Position numbers and translations under genes: made by a program
Part shown: piece by piece, positions 12,001 through 26,000 of the stretch
Layout of the letters: each line of letters opens with the position of its first letter
Position numbering within the stretch: position 1 is the first letter of the stretch
NCBI RefSeq assembly: GCF_036321535.1
Contig: NC_087437.1
Location: 930,001 to 994,000 of the forward strand
Direction: 5' to 3'
Source of the DNA: Camelus dromedarius
Lineage: Eukaryota
Length of the DNA stretch: 64,000 nucleotides
Notes under the pieces: model-generated
Seen by the model: only the letters and a program-made list of their open reading frames with translations
What the model was told of the DNA's origin: nothing
Database searches by the model: none

Positions 12001-15000
12001 AAGTGGAGAGACGTTCGTTCATCTAGCACCAAGGGAACGGGTTGCAGGAGACACATTTTCTCTGCTTTCTCAGTCTGTTTCCTAGTGCTGGTTTGAAGTT
12101 CCTGCAGTTTTCACTGTCAAACCGAGTTGGAGCTAGTACCTCCCAATATATATGTATGGAATGGAGTTTGCAACTGAAAAGAAACTTTGTGTTCCCAACA
12201 AGCTATGTGAAGGACGGCTTTCACACACACTTATCTCTCAGAACTGAGCAAGTGGAGAGACGTTCGTTCATCTAGCACCAAGGGAACGGGTTGCAGGAGA
12301 CACTTTTTCTCTGCTTTCTCAGTCTGTTTCCTAGTGCCGGTTTGAAGTTCCTGCAGTTTTCACTGTCAAACAGATTTGGAAATAGTACCTCCCCATATAT
12401 ATGTATGGAATGGAGTTTGCAACTGAAAAGAAACTTTGTGTTCCCAACAAGATAGGTAAAGGACGGCTTTCACACACACTTATCTCTCAGAACTGAGCAA
12501 GTGGAGAGACGTTCATTCATCTAGCACCAAGGGAACGGGTTGCAGGAGACACTTTTTCTCTGCTTTCTCCGTCTGTTTCCTAGTGCCGGTTTGAAGTTCC
12601 TGCAGTTTTCAATGTCAAACCGAGTTAGAGCTTGTACCTATCCATATATATGTATGGAATGGAGTTTGCAACTGAAAAGAAACTTTGTGTTCCCAACAAG
12701 CTAGGTGAAGGACGGCTTTCACACACACATATCTCTCAGAACAGAGCACGTGGAGAGACGTTCGTTCTTCTAGCACCAAGGGAACGGGTTGCAGGAGACA
12801 CTTTTTCTCTGCTTTCTTAGTCTGTTTCCTAGTGCCGGTTTGAAGTTCCTGCAGTTTTCACTGTAAAACCGAGTTGGAGCTAGTACCTCCCCATATATAT
12901 GTATGGAATGGAGTTTGCAACTGAAAAGAATCTTTGTGTTCCCAACAAGCTAGGTGAAGGACGGCTTTCACACACACTTATCTCTCAGAACTGAGCAAGT
13001 GGAGAGACGTTCATTCATCTAGCACCAAGGGAACGGGTTGCAGGAGACACTTTTTCTCTGCTTTCTCCGTCTGTTTCCTAGTGCCGGTTTGAAGTTCCTG
13101 CAGTTTTCAATGTCAAACCGAGTTAGAGCTTGTACCTATCCATATATATGTATGGAATGGAGTTTGCAACTGAAAAGAAACTTTGTGTTCCCAACAAGCT
13201 AGGTGAAGGACGGCTTTCACACACACTTATCTCTCAGAACTGAGCAAGTGGAGAGAGTTTCGTTCATCTAGCACCAAGGGAACGGGTTGCAGGAGACACT
13301 TTTTCTCTGCTTTCTCAGTCTGTTTCCTAGTGCCGGTTTGAAGTTCCTGCAGTTTTCACTGTCAAACAGATTTGGAAATAGTACCTCCCCATATATATGT
13401 ATGGAATGGAGTTTGCAACTGAAAAGAAACTTTGTGTTCCCAACAAGATAGGTAAAGGACGGCTTTCACACACACTTATCTCTCAGAACTGAGCAAGTGG
13501 AGAGACGTTCATTCATCTAGCACCAAGGGAACGGGTTGCAGGAGACACTTTTTCTCTGCTTTCTCCGTCTGTTTCCTAGTGCCGGTTTGAAGTTCCTGCA
13601 GTTTTCAATGTCAAACCGAGTTAGAGCTTGTACCTATCCATATATATGTATGGAATGGAGTTTGCAACTGAAAAGAAACTTTGTGTTCCCAACAAGCTAG
13701 GTGAAGGACGGCTTTCACACACACTTATCTCTCAGAACTGAGCAAGTGGAGAGAGTTTCGTTCATCTAGCACCAAGGGAACGGGTTGCAGGAGACACTTT
13801 TTCTCTGCTTTCTCAATCTGTTTCCTAGTGCCGGTTTGAAGTTCCTGCAGTTTTCACTGTCAAACCTAGTTGGAGCTAGTACCTCCCCATATATATATGT
13901 ATGGAATGGAGTTTGCAACTGAAAAGAAACTTGGTGTTCCCAACAAGCTAGGTGAAGGACGGTTTTCACACACACTTATCTCTCAGAACTGAGCAAGTGG
14001 AGAGACGTTCGTTCATCTAGCACCAAGGGAACGGGTTGCAGGAGACACTTTTTCTCTGCTTCTCAGTCTGTTTCCTAGTGCCGGTTTGAAGTTCCTGCAG
14101 TTTTCACTGTCAAACCGAGTTGGAGCTAGTACCTCCCCATATATATGTATGGAATGGAGTTTGCAACTGAAAAGAAACTTTGTGTTCCCAACAAGCTAGG
14201 TGAAGGACGGCTTTCACACACACTTATCTCTCAGAACTGAGCAAGTGGAGAGACGTTCGTTCATCTAGCACCAAGGGAACGGGTTGCAGGAGACACATTT
14301 TCTCTGCTTTCTCAGTCTGTTTCCTAGTGCTGGTTTGAAGATCCTGCAGTTTTCACTGTCAAACCGTGTTGGAGCTAGTACCTCCTTATATATATGTATG
14401 GAATGGGGTTTGCAACTGAAAAGAAACTTTGTGTTCCCAACAAGCTAGGTGAAGGACGGCTTTCACACACACTTATCTCTCAGAACTGAGCAAGTGGAGA
14501 GACGTTCGTTCATCTAGCACCAAGGGAACGGGTTGCAGGAGACACTTTTTCTCTGCTTTCTCAGTCTGTTTCCTAGTGCCGGTTTGAAGTTCCTGCAGTT
14601 TTCACTGTCAAACCGAGTTGGAGCTAGTACCTCCCCATATATATGTATGGAATGGAGTTTGCAACTGAAAAGAAACTTGGTGTTCCCAACAAGCTAGGTG
14701 AAGGACGGCTTTCACACACACTTATCTCTCAGAACTGAGCAAGTGGAGAGACGTTCGTTCATCTAGCACCAAGGGAACGGTTTGCAGGAGACACTTTTTC
14801 TCTGCTTCTCAGTCTGTTTCCTAGTGCCGGTTTGAAGTTCCTGCAGTTTTCACTGTCAAACCGAGTTGGAGCTAGTACCTCCCCATATATATGTATGGAA
14901 TGGAGTTTGCAACTGAAAAGAAACTTTGTGTTCCCAACAAGCTAGGTGAAGGACGGCTTTCACACACACTTATCTCTCAGAACTGAGCAAGTGGAGAGAC

Positions 15001-18000
15001 GTTCGTTCATCTAGCACCAAGGGAACGGGTTGCAGGAGACACTTTTTCTCTGCTTTCTCAGTCTGTTTCCTAGTGCCGGTTTGAAGTTCCTGCAGTTTTC
15101 ACTGTCAAACCGAGTTGGAGATAGTACCTCCCAATATATATGTATGGAATGGAGTTTGCAACTGAAAAGAAACTTTGTGTTCCCAACAAGCTAGGTGAAG
15201 TACGGCTTTCACACACACTTATCTCTCAGAACTGAGCAAGTGGAGAGACGTTCGTTCATCTAGCACCAAGGGAACGGGTTGCAGGAGACACATTTTCTCT
15301 GCTTTCTCAGTCTGTTTCCTAGTGCTGGTTTGAAGTTCCTGCAGTTTTCACTGTCAAACCGAGTTGGAGCTAGTACCTCCTTATATATATGTATGGAATG
15401 GAGTTTGCAACTGAAAAGAAACTTTGTGTTCCCAACAAGCTAGGTGAAGGACGGCTTTCACACACACTTATCTCTCAGAACTGAGCAAGTGGAGAGACGT
15501 TCGTTCATCTAGCACCAAGGGAACGGGTTGCAGGAGACACTTTTTCTCTGCTTTCTCAGTCTGTTTCCTAGTGCCGGTTTGAAGTTCCTGCAGTTTTCAC
15601 TGTCAAACCGAGTTGGAGCTAGTACCTCCCCATATATATGTATGGAATGGGGTTTGCAACTGAAAAGAATCTTGGTGTTCCCAACAAGCTAGGTGAAGGA
15701 CAGCTTTCACACACAATTATCTCTCAGAAATGAGCAAGTGGAGAGACGTTCGTTCATCTAGCACCAAGGGAACGGGTTGCAGGAGACACTTTTTCTCTGC
15801 TCTCTCAGTATGTTTCCTAGTGCCGGTTTGAATTTCTTGCAGTTTTCACTGTCAAACCGAGTTGGAGCTAGTACCTCCCCATATATATGTATGGAATGGA
15901 GTTTGCAACTGAAAAGAAACTTTGTGTTCCCAACAAGCTAGGTGAAAGACGGCATTCACACACACTTATCTCTCAGAACCGAGCAAGTGGAGAGACGTTC
16001 GTTCATCTAGCACCAAGGGAACGGGTTGCAGGAGACACTTTTTCTCTGCTTTCTCAGTCTGTTTCCTAGTGCCGGTTTGAAGTTCCTGCAGTTTTCACTA
16101 TAAAACCGAGTTGGAGCTAGTAACTCCCCATATAAATGTATGGAATGGAGTTTGCAACTGAAAAGAAACTATGTGTTCCCAACAAGCTAGGTGAAGGACG
16201 GCTTTCACACACACTTATCTCTCAGATCTGAGCAAGTGGAGAGACGTTCGTTCATCTAGCACCAAGGGAACGGGTTGCAGGAGACACTTTTTCTCGGCTT
16301 TCTCAGTCTGTTTCCTAGTGCCGGTTTGAAGTTCCTGCAGTTTTCACTGTCAAACCGATTTGGAGCTAGTACCTCCCCATATATATGTATGGAATGGAGT
16401 TTGCAACTGAAAAGAAACTTTGTGTTCCCAACAAGCTAGGTGAAGGACGGCTTTCACACACACTTATCTCTCAGAACTGAGCAAGTGGAGAGACGTTCGT
16501 TCATCTAGCACCAAGGGAACGGGTTGCAGGAGACACAATTTCTCTGCTTTCTCAGTCTGTTTCCTAGTGCCGGTTTGAAGTTCCTGCAGTTTTCACTGTC
16601 AAACAGAGTTGGAAATAGTACATCCTCATATATATGTATGGAATGGAGTTTGCAACTGAAAAGAAACTTTGTGTTCCCAACAAGCTAGGTGAAGGACGGC
16701 TTTCACACACACTTATCTCTCAGAACTGAGCAAGTGGAGAGACGTTCGTTCATCTAGCACCAAGGGAACGGGTTGCAGGAGACACTTTTTCTCTGCTTTC
16801 TCAGTCTGTTTCCTAGTGCCGGTTTGAAGTTCCTGCAGTTTTCACTATCAAACCGAGTTGGAGCTAGTACCTCCCCATATATATGTATGGAATGGAGTTT
16901 GCAACTGAAAAGAAACTTGGTGTTCCCAACAAGCTAGGTGAAGGGCGGCTTTCACACACACTTATCTCTCAGAACTGAGCAAGTGGAGAGACGTTCGTTC
17001 ATCTAGCACCAAGGGAACGGGTTGCAGGAGACACATTTTCTCTGCTTTCTCAGTCTGTTTCCAAGTGCCGTTTTGAAGTTCCTGCAGTTTTCACTGTCAA
17101 ACAGAGTTGGAAATAGTACCTCCCCATATATATGTATGGAATGGAGTTTGCAACTGAAAAGAAACTTTGTGTTCCCAACAAGTAAGGTGAAGGACAGCTT
17201 TCACACACACTTATCTCTCAGAACTGAGCAAGTGGAGAGACGTTCGTTCATCTAGCACCAAGGGAACGGGTTGCAGGAGACACTTTTTCTCTGCTTTCTC
17301 AGTCTGTTTCCTAGTGCCGGTTTGAAGTTCCTGCAGTTTTCACTGTCAAACCGAGTTGGAGCTAGTACCTCCCCATATATATGTATGGAATGGAGTTTGC
17401 AACTGAAAAGAAACTTTGTGTTCCCAACAAGCTAGGTGAAGGACGGCTTTCGCACACACTTATCTCTCAGAACTGAGCAAGTGGAGAGACGTTCGTTCAT
17501 CTAGCACAAAGGGAACGGGTTGCAGGAGACACTTTTTCTCTGCTTTCTCTGTCTGTTTCCTAGTGCCGGTTTGAAGTTCCTGCAGTTTTCACTGTAAAAT
17601 CGAGTTAGAGCTTCTACCTCCCCATATATATGTATGGAATGGAGTTTGCAACTGAAAAGAAACTTTGTGTTCCCAACAAGCTAGGTGAAGGACGGCTTTC
17701 ACACACACTTATCTCTCAGAACAGAGCAAGTGGAGAGACGTTCGTTCATCTAGCACCAAGGGAACGGGTTGCAGGAGACACATTTTCTCTGCTTTCTGAG
17801 TCTGTTTCCTAGTGCTGGTTTGAAGTTCCTGCAGTTTTCACTGTCAAACCGAGTTGGAGCTAGTACCTCCTTATATATATGTATGGAATGGAGTTTGCAA
17901 CTGAAAAGAAACTTTGTGTTCCCAACAAGCTAGGTGAAGGACGGCTTTCACACACACTTATCTCTCAGAACTGAGCAAGTGGAGAGACGTTCGTTCATCT

Positions 18001-20029
18001 AGCACCAAGGGAACGGGTTGCAGGAGACACTTTTTCTCTGCTTTCTCAGTCTGTTTCCTAGTGCCGGTTTGAAGTTCCTGCTGTTTTCACTGTCAAAACG
18101 AGTTGGAGCTAGTACCTCCCCATATATATGTATGGAATGGGGTTTGCAACTGAAAAGAATCTTGGTGTTCCCAACAAGCTAGGTGAAGAACGGCTTTCAC
18201 ACACAATTATCTCTCAGAACTGAGCAAGTGTAGAGACGTTCGTTCATCTAGCACCAAGGGAACGGGTTGCAGGAGACACTTTTTCTCTGCTTTCTCAGTC
18301 TGTTTCCTAGTGCCGGTTTGAAGTTCCTGCAGTTTTCACTGTAAAATCGAGTTAGAGCTTCTACCTCCCCATATATATGTATGGAATGGAGTTTGCAACT
18401 GAAAAGAAACTTTGTGTTCCCAACAAGCTAGGTGAAGGACGGCTTTCACACACACTTATCTCTCAGAACAGAGCAAGTGGAGAGACGTTCGTTCATCTAG
18501 CACCAAGGGAACGGGTTGCAGGAGACACATTTTCTCTGCTTTCTGAGTCTGTTTCCTAGTGCTGGTTTGAAGTTCCTGCAGTTTTCACTGTCAAACCGAG
18601 TTGGAGCTAGTACCTCCTTATATATATGTATGGAATGGAGTTTGCAACTGAAAAGAAACTTTGTGTTCCCAACAAGCTAGGTGAAGGACGGCTTTCACAC
18701 ACACTTATCTCTCAGAACTGAGCAAGTGGAGAGACGTTCGTTCATCTAGCACCAAGGGAACGGGTTGCAGGAGACACTTTTTCTCTGCTTTCTCAGTCTG
18801 TTTCCTAGTGCCGGTTTGAAGTTCCTGCAGTTTTCACTGTCAAAACGAGTTGGAGCTAGTACCTCCCCATATATATGTATGGAATGGGGTTTGCAACTGA
18901 AAAGAATCTTGGTGTTCCCAACAAGCTAGGTGAAGAACGGCTTTCACACACAATTATCTCTCAGAACTGAGCAAGTGTAGAGACGTTCGTTCATCTAGCA
19001 CCAAGGGAACGGGTTGCAGGAGACACTTTTTCTCTGCTTTCTCAGTCTGTTTCCTAGTGCCGGTTTGAAGTTCCTGCAGTTTTCACTGTCAAACCGAGTT
19101 GGAGCTTGTACCTCCCCATATAAATGTATGGAATGGAGTTTGCAACTGAAAAGAAACTTTGTGTTCCCAACAAGCTAGGTGAAGGACGGCTTTCACACAC
19201 ACTTATCTCTCAGAACTGAGCAAGTGGAGAGACGTTCGTTCATCTAGCACCAAGGGAACGGGTTGCAGGAGACACTTTTTCTCTGCTTTCTCAGTCTGTT
19301 TCCTAGTGCCGGTTTGAAGTTCCTGCAGTTTTCACTGTCAAACCGAGTTGGAGCTAGTACCTCCCCATATATATGTATGGAATGGAGTTTGCAACTGAAA
19401 AGAAACTTTGTGTTCCCAACAAGCTAGGTGAAGGACGGCTTTCACACACACTTAACTCTCAGAACCGAGCAAGTGGAGAGACGTTCGTTCATCTAGCACC
19501 AAGGGAACGGGTTGCAGGAAACACTTTTTCTCTGCTTTCTCAGTCTGTTTCCTAGTGCCGGTTTGAAGTTCCTGCAGTTTTCACTGTCAAACCGAGTTGG
19601 AGCTAGTACCTCCTTATATATATGTATGGAATGGAGTTTGCAACTGAAAAGAAACTTTGTGTTCCCAACAAGCTAGGTGAAGGACGGCTTTCACACACAC
19701 TTATCTCTCAGAACTGAGCAAGTGGACAGACGTTCGTTCATCTAGCACCAAGGGAACGGGTTGCAGGAGACACTTTTTCTCTGCTTTCTCAGTCTGTTTC
19801 CTAGTGCCGGTTTGAAGTTCCTGCAGTTTTCACTGTCAAAACGAGTTGGAGCTAGTACCTCCCCATATATATGTATGGAATGGGGTTTGCCACTGAAAAG
19901 AATCTTGGTGTTCCCAACAAGCTAGGTGAAGAACGGCTTTCACACACAATTATCTCTCAGAACTGAGCAAGTGTAGAGACGTTCGTTCATCTAGCACCAA
20001 GGGAACGGGTTGCAGGAGACACTTTTTCT

Positions 20030-23000
20030 CTGCGTTCTCAGTCTGTTTCCTAGTGCCGGTTTGAAGTTCCTGCAGTTTTCACTGTAAAACCGAGTTGGAG
20101 CTAGTACCTCCCCATATATATGTATGGAATGGAGTTTGCAACTGAAAAGAAACTTTGTGTTCCCAACAAGCTAGGTGAAGGACGGCTTTCACACACACTT
20201 AACTCTCAGAACCGAGCAAGTGGAGAGACGTTCGTTCATCTAGCACCAAGGGAACGGGTTGCAGGAAACACTTTTTCTCTGCTTTCTCAGTCTGTTTCCT
20301 AGTGCCGGTTTGAAGTTCCTGCAGTTTTCACTGTCAAACCGAGTTGGAGCTAGTACCTCCCCATATATATGTATGGAATGGAGTTTGCAACTGAAAAGAA
20401 ACTTGGTGTTCCCAACAAGCTAGGTGAAGGACGGCTTTCACACACACTTATCTCTCAGAACTGAGCAAGTGGAGAGACGTTCGTTCATCTAGCACCAAGG
20501 GAACGGGTTGCAGGAGACACTTTTTCTCTGCTTCTCAGTCTGTTTCCTAGTGCCGGTTTGAAGTTCCTGCAGTTTTCACTGTAAAACCGAGTTGGAGCTA
20601 GTACCTCCCCATATATATGTATGGAATGGAGTTTGCAACTGAAAAGAAACTTTGTGTTCCCAACAAGCTAGGTGAAGGACGGCTTTCACACACACTTAAC
20701 TCTCAGAACCGAGCAAGTGTAGAGACGTTCGTTCATCTAGCACCAAGGGAACGGGTTGCAGGAAACACTTTTTCTCTGCTTTCTCAGTCTGTTTCCTAGT
20801 GCCGGTTTGAAGTTCCTGCAGTTTTCACTGTCAAACCGAGTTGGAGCTAGTACCTCCCCATATATATGTATGGAATGGAGTTTGCAACTGAAAAGAAACT
20901 TGGTGTTCCCAACAAGCTAGGTGAAGGACGGCTTTCACACACACTTATCTCTCAGAACTGAGCAAGTGGAGAGACGTTCGTTCATCTAGAACCAAGGGAA
21001 CGGGTTGCAGGAGACACTTTTTCTCTGCTTCTCAGTCTGTTTCCTAGTGCCGGTTTGAAGTTCCTGCAGTTTTCACTGTCAAACCGAGTTGGAGCTAGTA
21101 CCTCCCCATATATATGTATGGAATGGAGTTTGCAACCTAAAAGAAACTTTGTGTTCCCAACAAGCTAGGTGAAGGACGGCTTTCACACACACTTATCTCT
21201 CAGAACTGAGCAAGTGGAGAGACGTTCGTTCATCTAGCACCAAGGGAACGGGTTGCAGGAGACACTTTTTCTCTGCTTTCTCAGTCTGTTTCCTAGTGCC
21301 GGTTTGAAGTTCCTGCAGTTTTCACTGTAAAACCGAGTTAGAGCTTCTACCTCCCCATATATATGTATGGAATGGAGTTTGCAACTGAAAAGAAACTTTG
21401 TGTTCCCAACAAGCTAGGTGAAGGACGGCTTTCACACACACTTATCTCTCAGAACTGAGCAAGTGGAGAGACGTTCGTTCATCTAGCACCAAGGGAACGG
21501 GTTGCAGGAGACACATTTTCTCTGCTTTCTCAGTCTGTTTCCTAGTGCTGGTTTGAAGTTCCTGCAGTTTTCACTGTCAAACCGAGTTGGAGCTAGTACC
21601 TCCCAATATATTTGTATGGAATGGAGTTTGCAACTGAAAAGAAACTTTGTGTTCCCAACAAGCTAGGTGAAGGACGGCTTTCACACACACTTATCTCTCA
21701 GAACTGAGCAAGTGGAGAGACGTTCGTTCATCTAGCACCAAGGGAACGGGTTGCAGGAGACACTTTTTCTCTGCTTTCTCAGTCTGTTACCTAGTGCCGG
21801 TTTGAAGTTCCTGCAGTTTTCACTGTCAAACAGATTTGGAAATAGTACCTCCCCATATATATGTATGGAATGGAGTTTGCAACTGAAAAGAAACTTTGTG
21901 TTCCCAACAAGATAGGTAAAGGACGGCTTTCACACACACTTATCTCTCAGAACTGAGCAAGTGGAGAGACGTTCATTCATCTAGCACCAAGGGAACGGGT
22001 TGCAGGAGACACTTTTTCTCTGCTTTCTCCGTCTGTTTCCTAGTGCCGGTTTGAAGTTCCTGCAGTTTTCAATGTCAAACCGAGTTAGAGCTTGTACCTA
22101 TCCATATATATGTATGGAATGGAGTTTGCAACTGAAAAGAAACTTTGTGTTCCCAACAAGCTAGGTGAAGGACGGCTTTCACACACACTTATCTCTCAGA
22201 ACTGAGCAAGTGGAGAGACGTTCGTTCATCTAGCACAAAGGGAACGGGTTGCAGGAGACACTTTTTCTCTGCTTTCTCTGTCTGTTTCCTAGTGCCGGTT
22301 TGAAGTTCCTGCAGTTTTCACTGTAAAATCGAGTTAGAGCTTCTACCTCCCCATATATATGTATGGAATGGAGTTTGCAACTGAAAAGAAACTTTGTGTT
22401 CCCAACAAGCTAGGTGAAGGACGGCTTTCACACACACTTATCTCTCAGAACAGAGCAAGTGGAGAGACGTTCGTTCATCTAGCACCAAGGGAACGGGTTG
22501 CAGGAGACACATTTTCTCTGCATTCTGAGTCTGTTTCCTAGTGCTGGTTTGAAGTTCCTGCAGTTTTCACTGTCAAACCGAGTTGGAGCTAGTACCTCCT
22601 TATATATATGTATGGAATGGAGTTTGCAACTGAAAAGAAACTTTGTGTTCCCAACAAGCTAGGTGAAGGACGGCTTTCACACACACTTATCTCTCAGAAC
22701 TGAGCAAGTGGAGAGACGTTCGTTCATCTAGCACCAAGGGAACGGGTTGCAGGAGACACTTTTTCTCTGCTTTCTCAGTCTGTTTCCTAGTGCCGGTTTG
22801 AAGTTCCTGCAGTTTTCACTGTCAAAACGAGTTGGAGCTAGTACCTCCCCATATATATGTATGGAATGGGGTTTGCAACTGAAAAGAATCTTGGTGTTCC
22901 CAACAAGCTAGGTGAAGAACGGCTTTCACACACAATTATCTCTCAGAACTGAGCAAGTGTAGAGACGTTCGTTCATCTAGCACCAAGGGAACGGGTTGCA

Positions 23001-26000
23001 GGAGACACTTTTTCTCTGCTTTCTCAGTCTGTTTCCTAGTGCCGGTTTGAAGTTCCTGCAGTTTTCACTGTAAAATCGAGTTACAGCTTCTACCTCCCCA
23101 TATATATGTATGGAATGGAGTTTGCAACTGAAAAGAAACTTTGTGTTCCCAACAAGCTAGGTGAAGGACGGCTTTCACACACACTTATCTCTCAGAACAG
23201 AGCAAGTGGAGAGACGTTCGTTCATCTAGCACCAAGGGAACGGGTTGCAGGAGACACATTTTCTCTGCTTTCTGAGTCTGTTTCCTAGTGCTGGTTTGAA
23301 GTTCCTGCAGTTTTCACTGTCAAACCGAGTTGGAGCTAGTACCTCCTTATATATATGTATGGAATGGAGTTTGCAACTGAAAAGAAACTTTGTGTTCCCA
23401 ACAAGCTAGGTGAAGGACGGCTTTCACACACACTTATCTCTCAGAACTGAGCAAGTGGAGAGACGTTCGTTCATCTAGCACCAAGGGAACGGGTTGCAGG
23501 AGACACTTTTTCTCTGCTTTCTCAGTCTGTTTCCTAGTGCCGGTTTGAAGTTCCTGCAGTTTTCACTGTCAAAACGAGTTGGAGCTAGTACCTCCCCATA
23601 TATATGTATGGAATGGGGTTTGCAACTGAAAAGAATCTTGGTGTTCCCAACAAGCTAGGTGAAGGACGGCTTTCACACACACTTATCTCTCAGAACTGAG
23701 CAAGTGGAGAGACGTTCGTTCATCTAGCACCAAGGGAACGGGTTGCAGGAGACACTGTTTCTCTGCTTTCTCAGTCTGTTTCCTAGTGCCGGTTTGAAGT
23801 TCCTGCAGTTTTCACTGTCAAAACGAGTTGGAGCTAGTACCTCCCCATATATATGTATGGAATGGGGTTTGCAACTGAAAAGAATCTTGGTGTTCCCAAC
23901 AAGCTAGGTGAAGAACGGCTTTCACACACAATTATCTCTCAGAACTGAGCAAGTGTAGAGACGTTCGTTCATCTAGCACCAAGGGAACGGGTTGCAGGAG
24001 ACACTTTTTCTCTGCTTTCTCAGTCTGTTTCCTAGTGCCGGTTTGAAGTTCCTGCAGTTTTCACTGTCAAACCGAGTTGGAGCTTGTACCTCCCCATATA
24101 AATGTATGGAATGGAGTTTGCAACTGAAAAGAAACTTTGTGTTCCCAACAAGCTAGGTGAAGGACGGCTTTCACACACACTTATCTCTCAGAACTGAGCA
24201 AGTGGAGAGACGTTCGTTCATCTAGCACCAAGGGAACGGGTTGCAATAGACACTTTTTCTCTGCGTTCTCAGTCTGTTTCCTAGTGCCGGTTTGAAGTTC
24301 CTGCAGTTTTCACTGTAAAACCGAGTTGGAGCTAGTACCTCCCCATATATATGTATGGAATGGAGTTTGCAACTGAAAAGAAACTTTGTGTTCCCAACAA
24401 GCTAGGTGAAGGACGGCTTTCACACACACTTAACTCTCAGAACCGAGCAAGTGGAGAGACGTTCGTTCATCTAGCACCAAGGGAACGGGTTGCAGGAAAC
24501 ACTTTTTCTCTGCTTTCTCAGTCTGTTTCCTAGTGCCGGTTTGAAGTTCCTGCAGTTTTCACTGTCAAACCGAGTTGGAGCTAGTACCTCCCCATATATA
24601 TGTATGGAATGGAGTTTGCAACTGAAAAGAAACTTGGTGTTCCCAACAAGCTAGGTGAAGGACGGCTTTCACACACACTTATCTCTCAGAACTGAGCAAG
24701 TGGAGAGACGTTCGTTCATCTAGCACCAAGGGAACGGGTTGCAGGAGACACTTTTTCTCTGCTTCTCAGTCTGTTTCCTAGTGCCGGTTTGAATTTCCTG
24801 CAGTTTTCACTGTAAAACCGAGTTGGAGCTAGTACCTCCCCATATATATGTATGGAATGGAGTTTGCAACTGAAAAGAAACTTTGTGTTCCCAACAAGCT
24901 AGGTGAAGGACGGCTTTCACACACACTTAACTCTCAGAACCGAGCAAGTGGAGAGACGTTCGTTCATCTAGCACCAAGGGAACGGGTTGCAGGAAACACT
25001 TTTTCTCTGCTTTCTCAGTCTGTTTCCTAGTGCCGGTTTGAAGTTCCTGCAGTTTTCACTGTCAAACCGAGTTGGAGCTAGTACCTCCCCATATATATGT
25101 ATGGAATGGAGTTTGCAACTGAAAAGAAACTTGGTGTTCCCAACAAGCTAGGTGAAGGACGGCTTTCACACACACTTATCTCTCAGAACTGAGCAAGTGG
25201 AGAGACGTTCGTTCATCTAGAACCAAGGGAACGGGTTGCAGGAGACACTTTTTCTCTGCTTCTCAGTCTGTTTCCTAGTGCCGGTTTGAAGTTCCTGCAG
25301 TTTTCACTGTCAAACCGAGTTGGAGCTAGTACCTCCCCATATATATGTATGGAATGGAGTTTGCAACCTAAATGAAACTTTGTGTTCCCAACAAGCTAGG
25401 TGAAGGGCGGCTTTCACACACACTTATCTCTCAGAACTGAGCAAGTGGAGAGACGTTCGTTCATCTAGCACCAAGGGAACGGGTTGCAGGAGACACTTTT
25501 TCTCTGCTTTCTCAGTCTGTTTCCTAGTGCCGGTTTGAAGTTCCTGCAGTTTTCACTGTAAAACCGAGTTAGAGCTTCTACCTCCCCATATATATGTATG
25601 GAATGGAGTTTGCAACTGAAAAGAAACTTTGTGTTCCCAACAAGCTAGGTGAAGGACGGCTTTCACACACACTTATCTCTCAGAACTGAGCAAGTGGAGA
25701 GACGTTCGTTCATCTAGCACCAAGGGAACGGGTTGCAGGAGACACATTTTCTCTGCTTTCTCAGTCTGTTTCCTAGTGCTGGTTTGAAGATCCTGCAGTT
25801 TTCACTGTCAAACCGAGTTGGAGCTAGTACCTCCCAATATATATGTATGGAATGGAGTTTGCAACTGAAAAGAAACTTTGTGTTCCCAACAAGCTAGGTG
25901 AAGGACGGCTTTCACACACACTTATCTCTCAGAACTGAGCAAGTGGAGAGACGTTCGTTCATCTAGCACCAAGGGAACGGGTTGCAGGAGACACTTTTTC

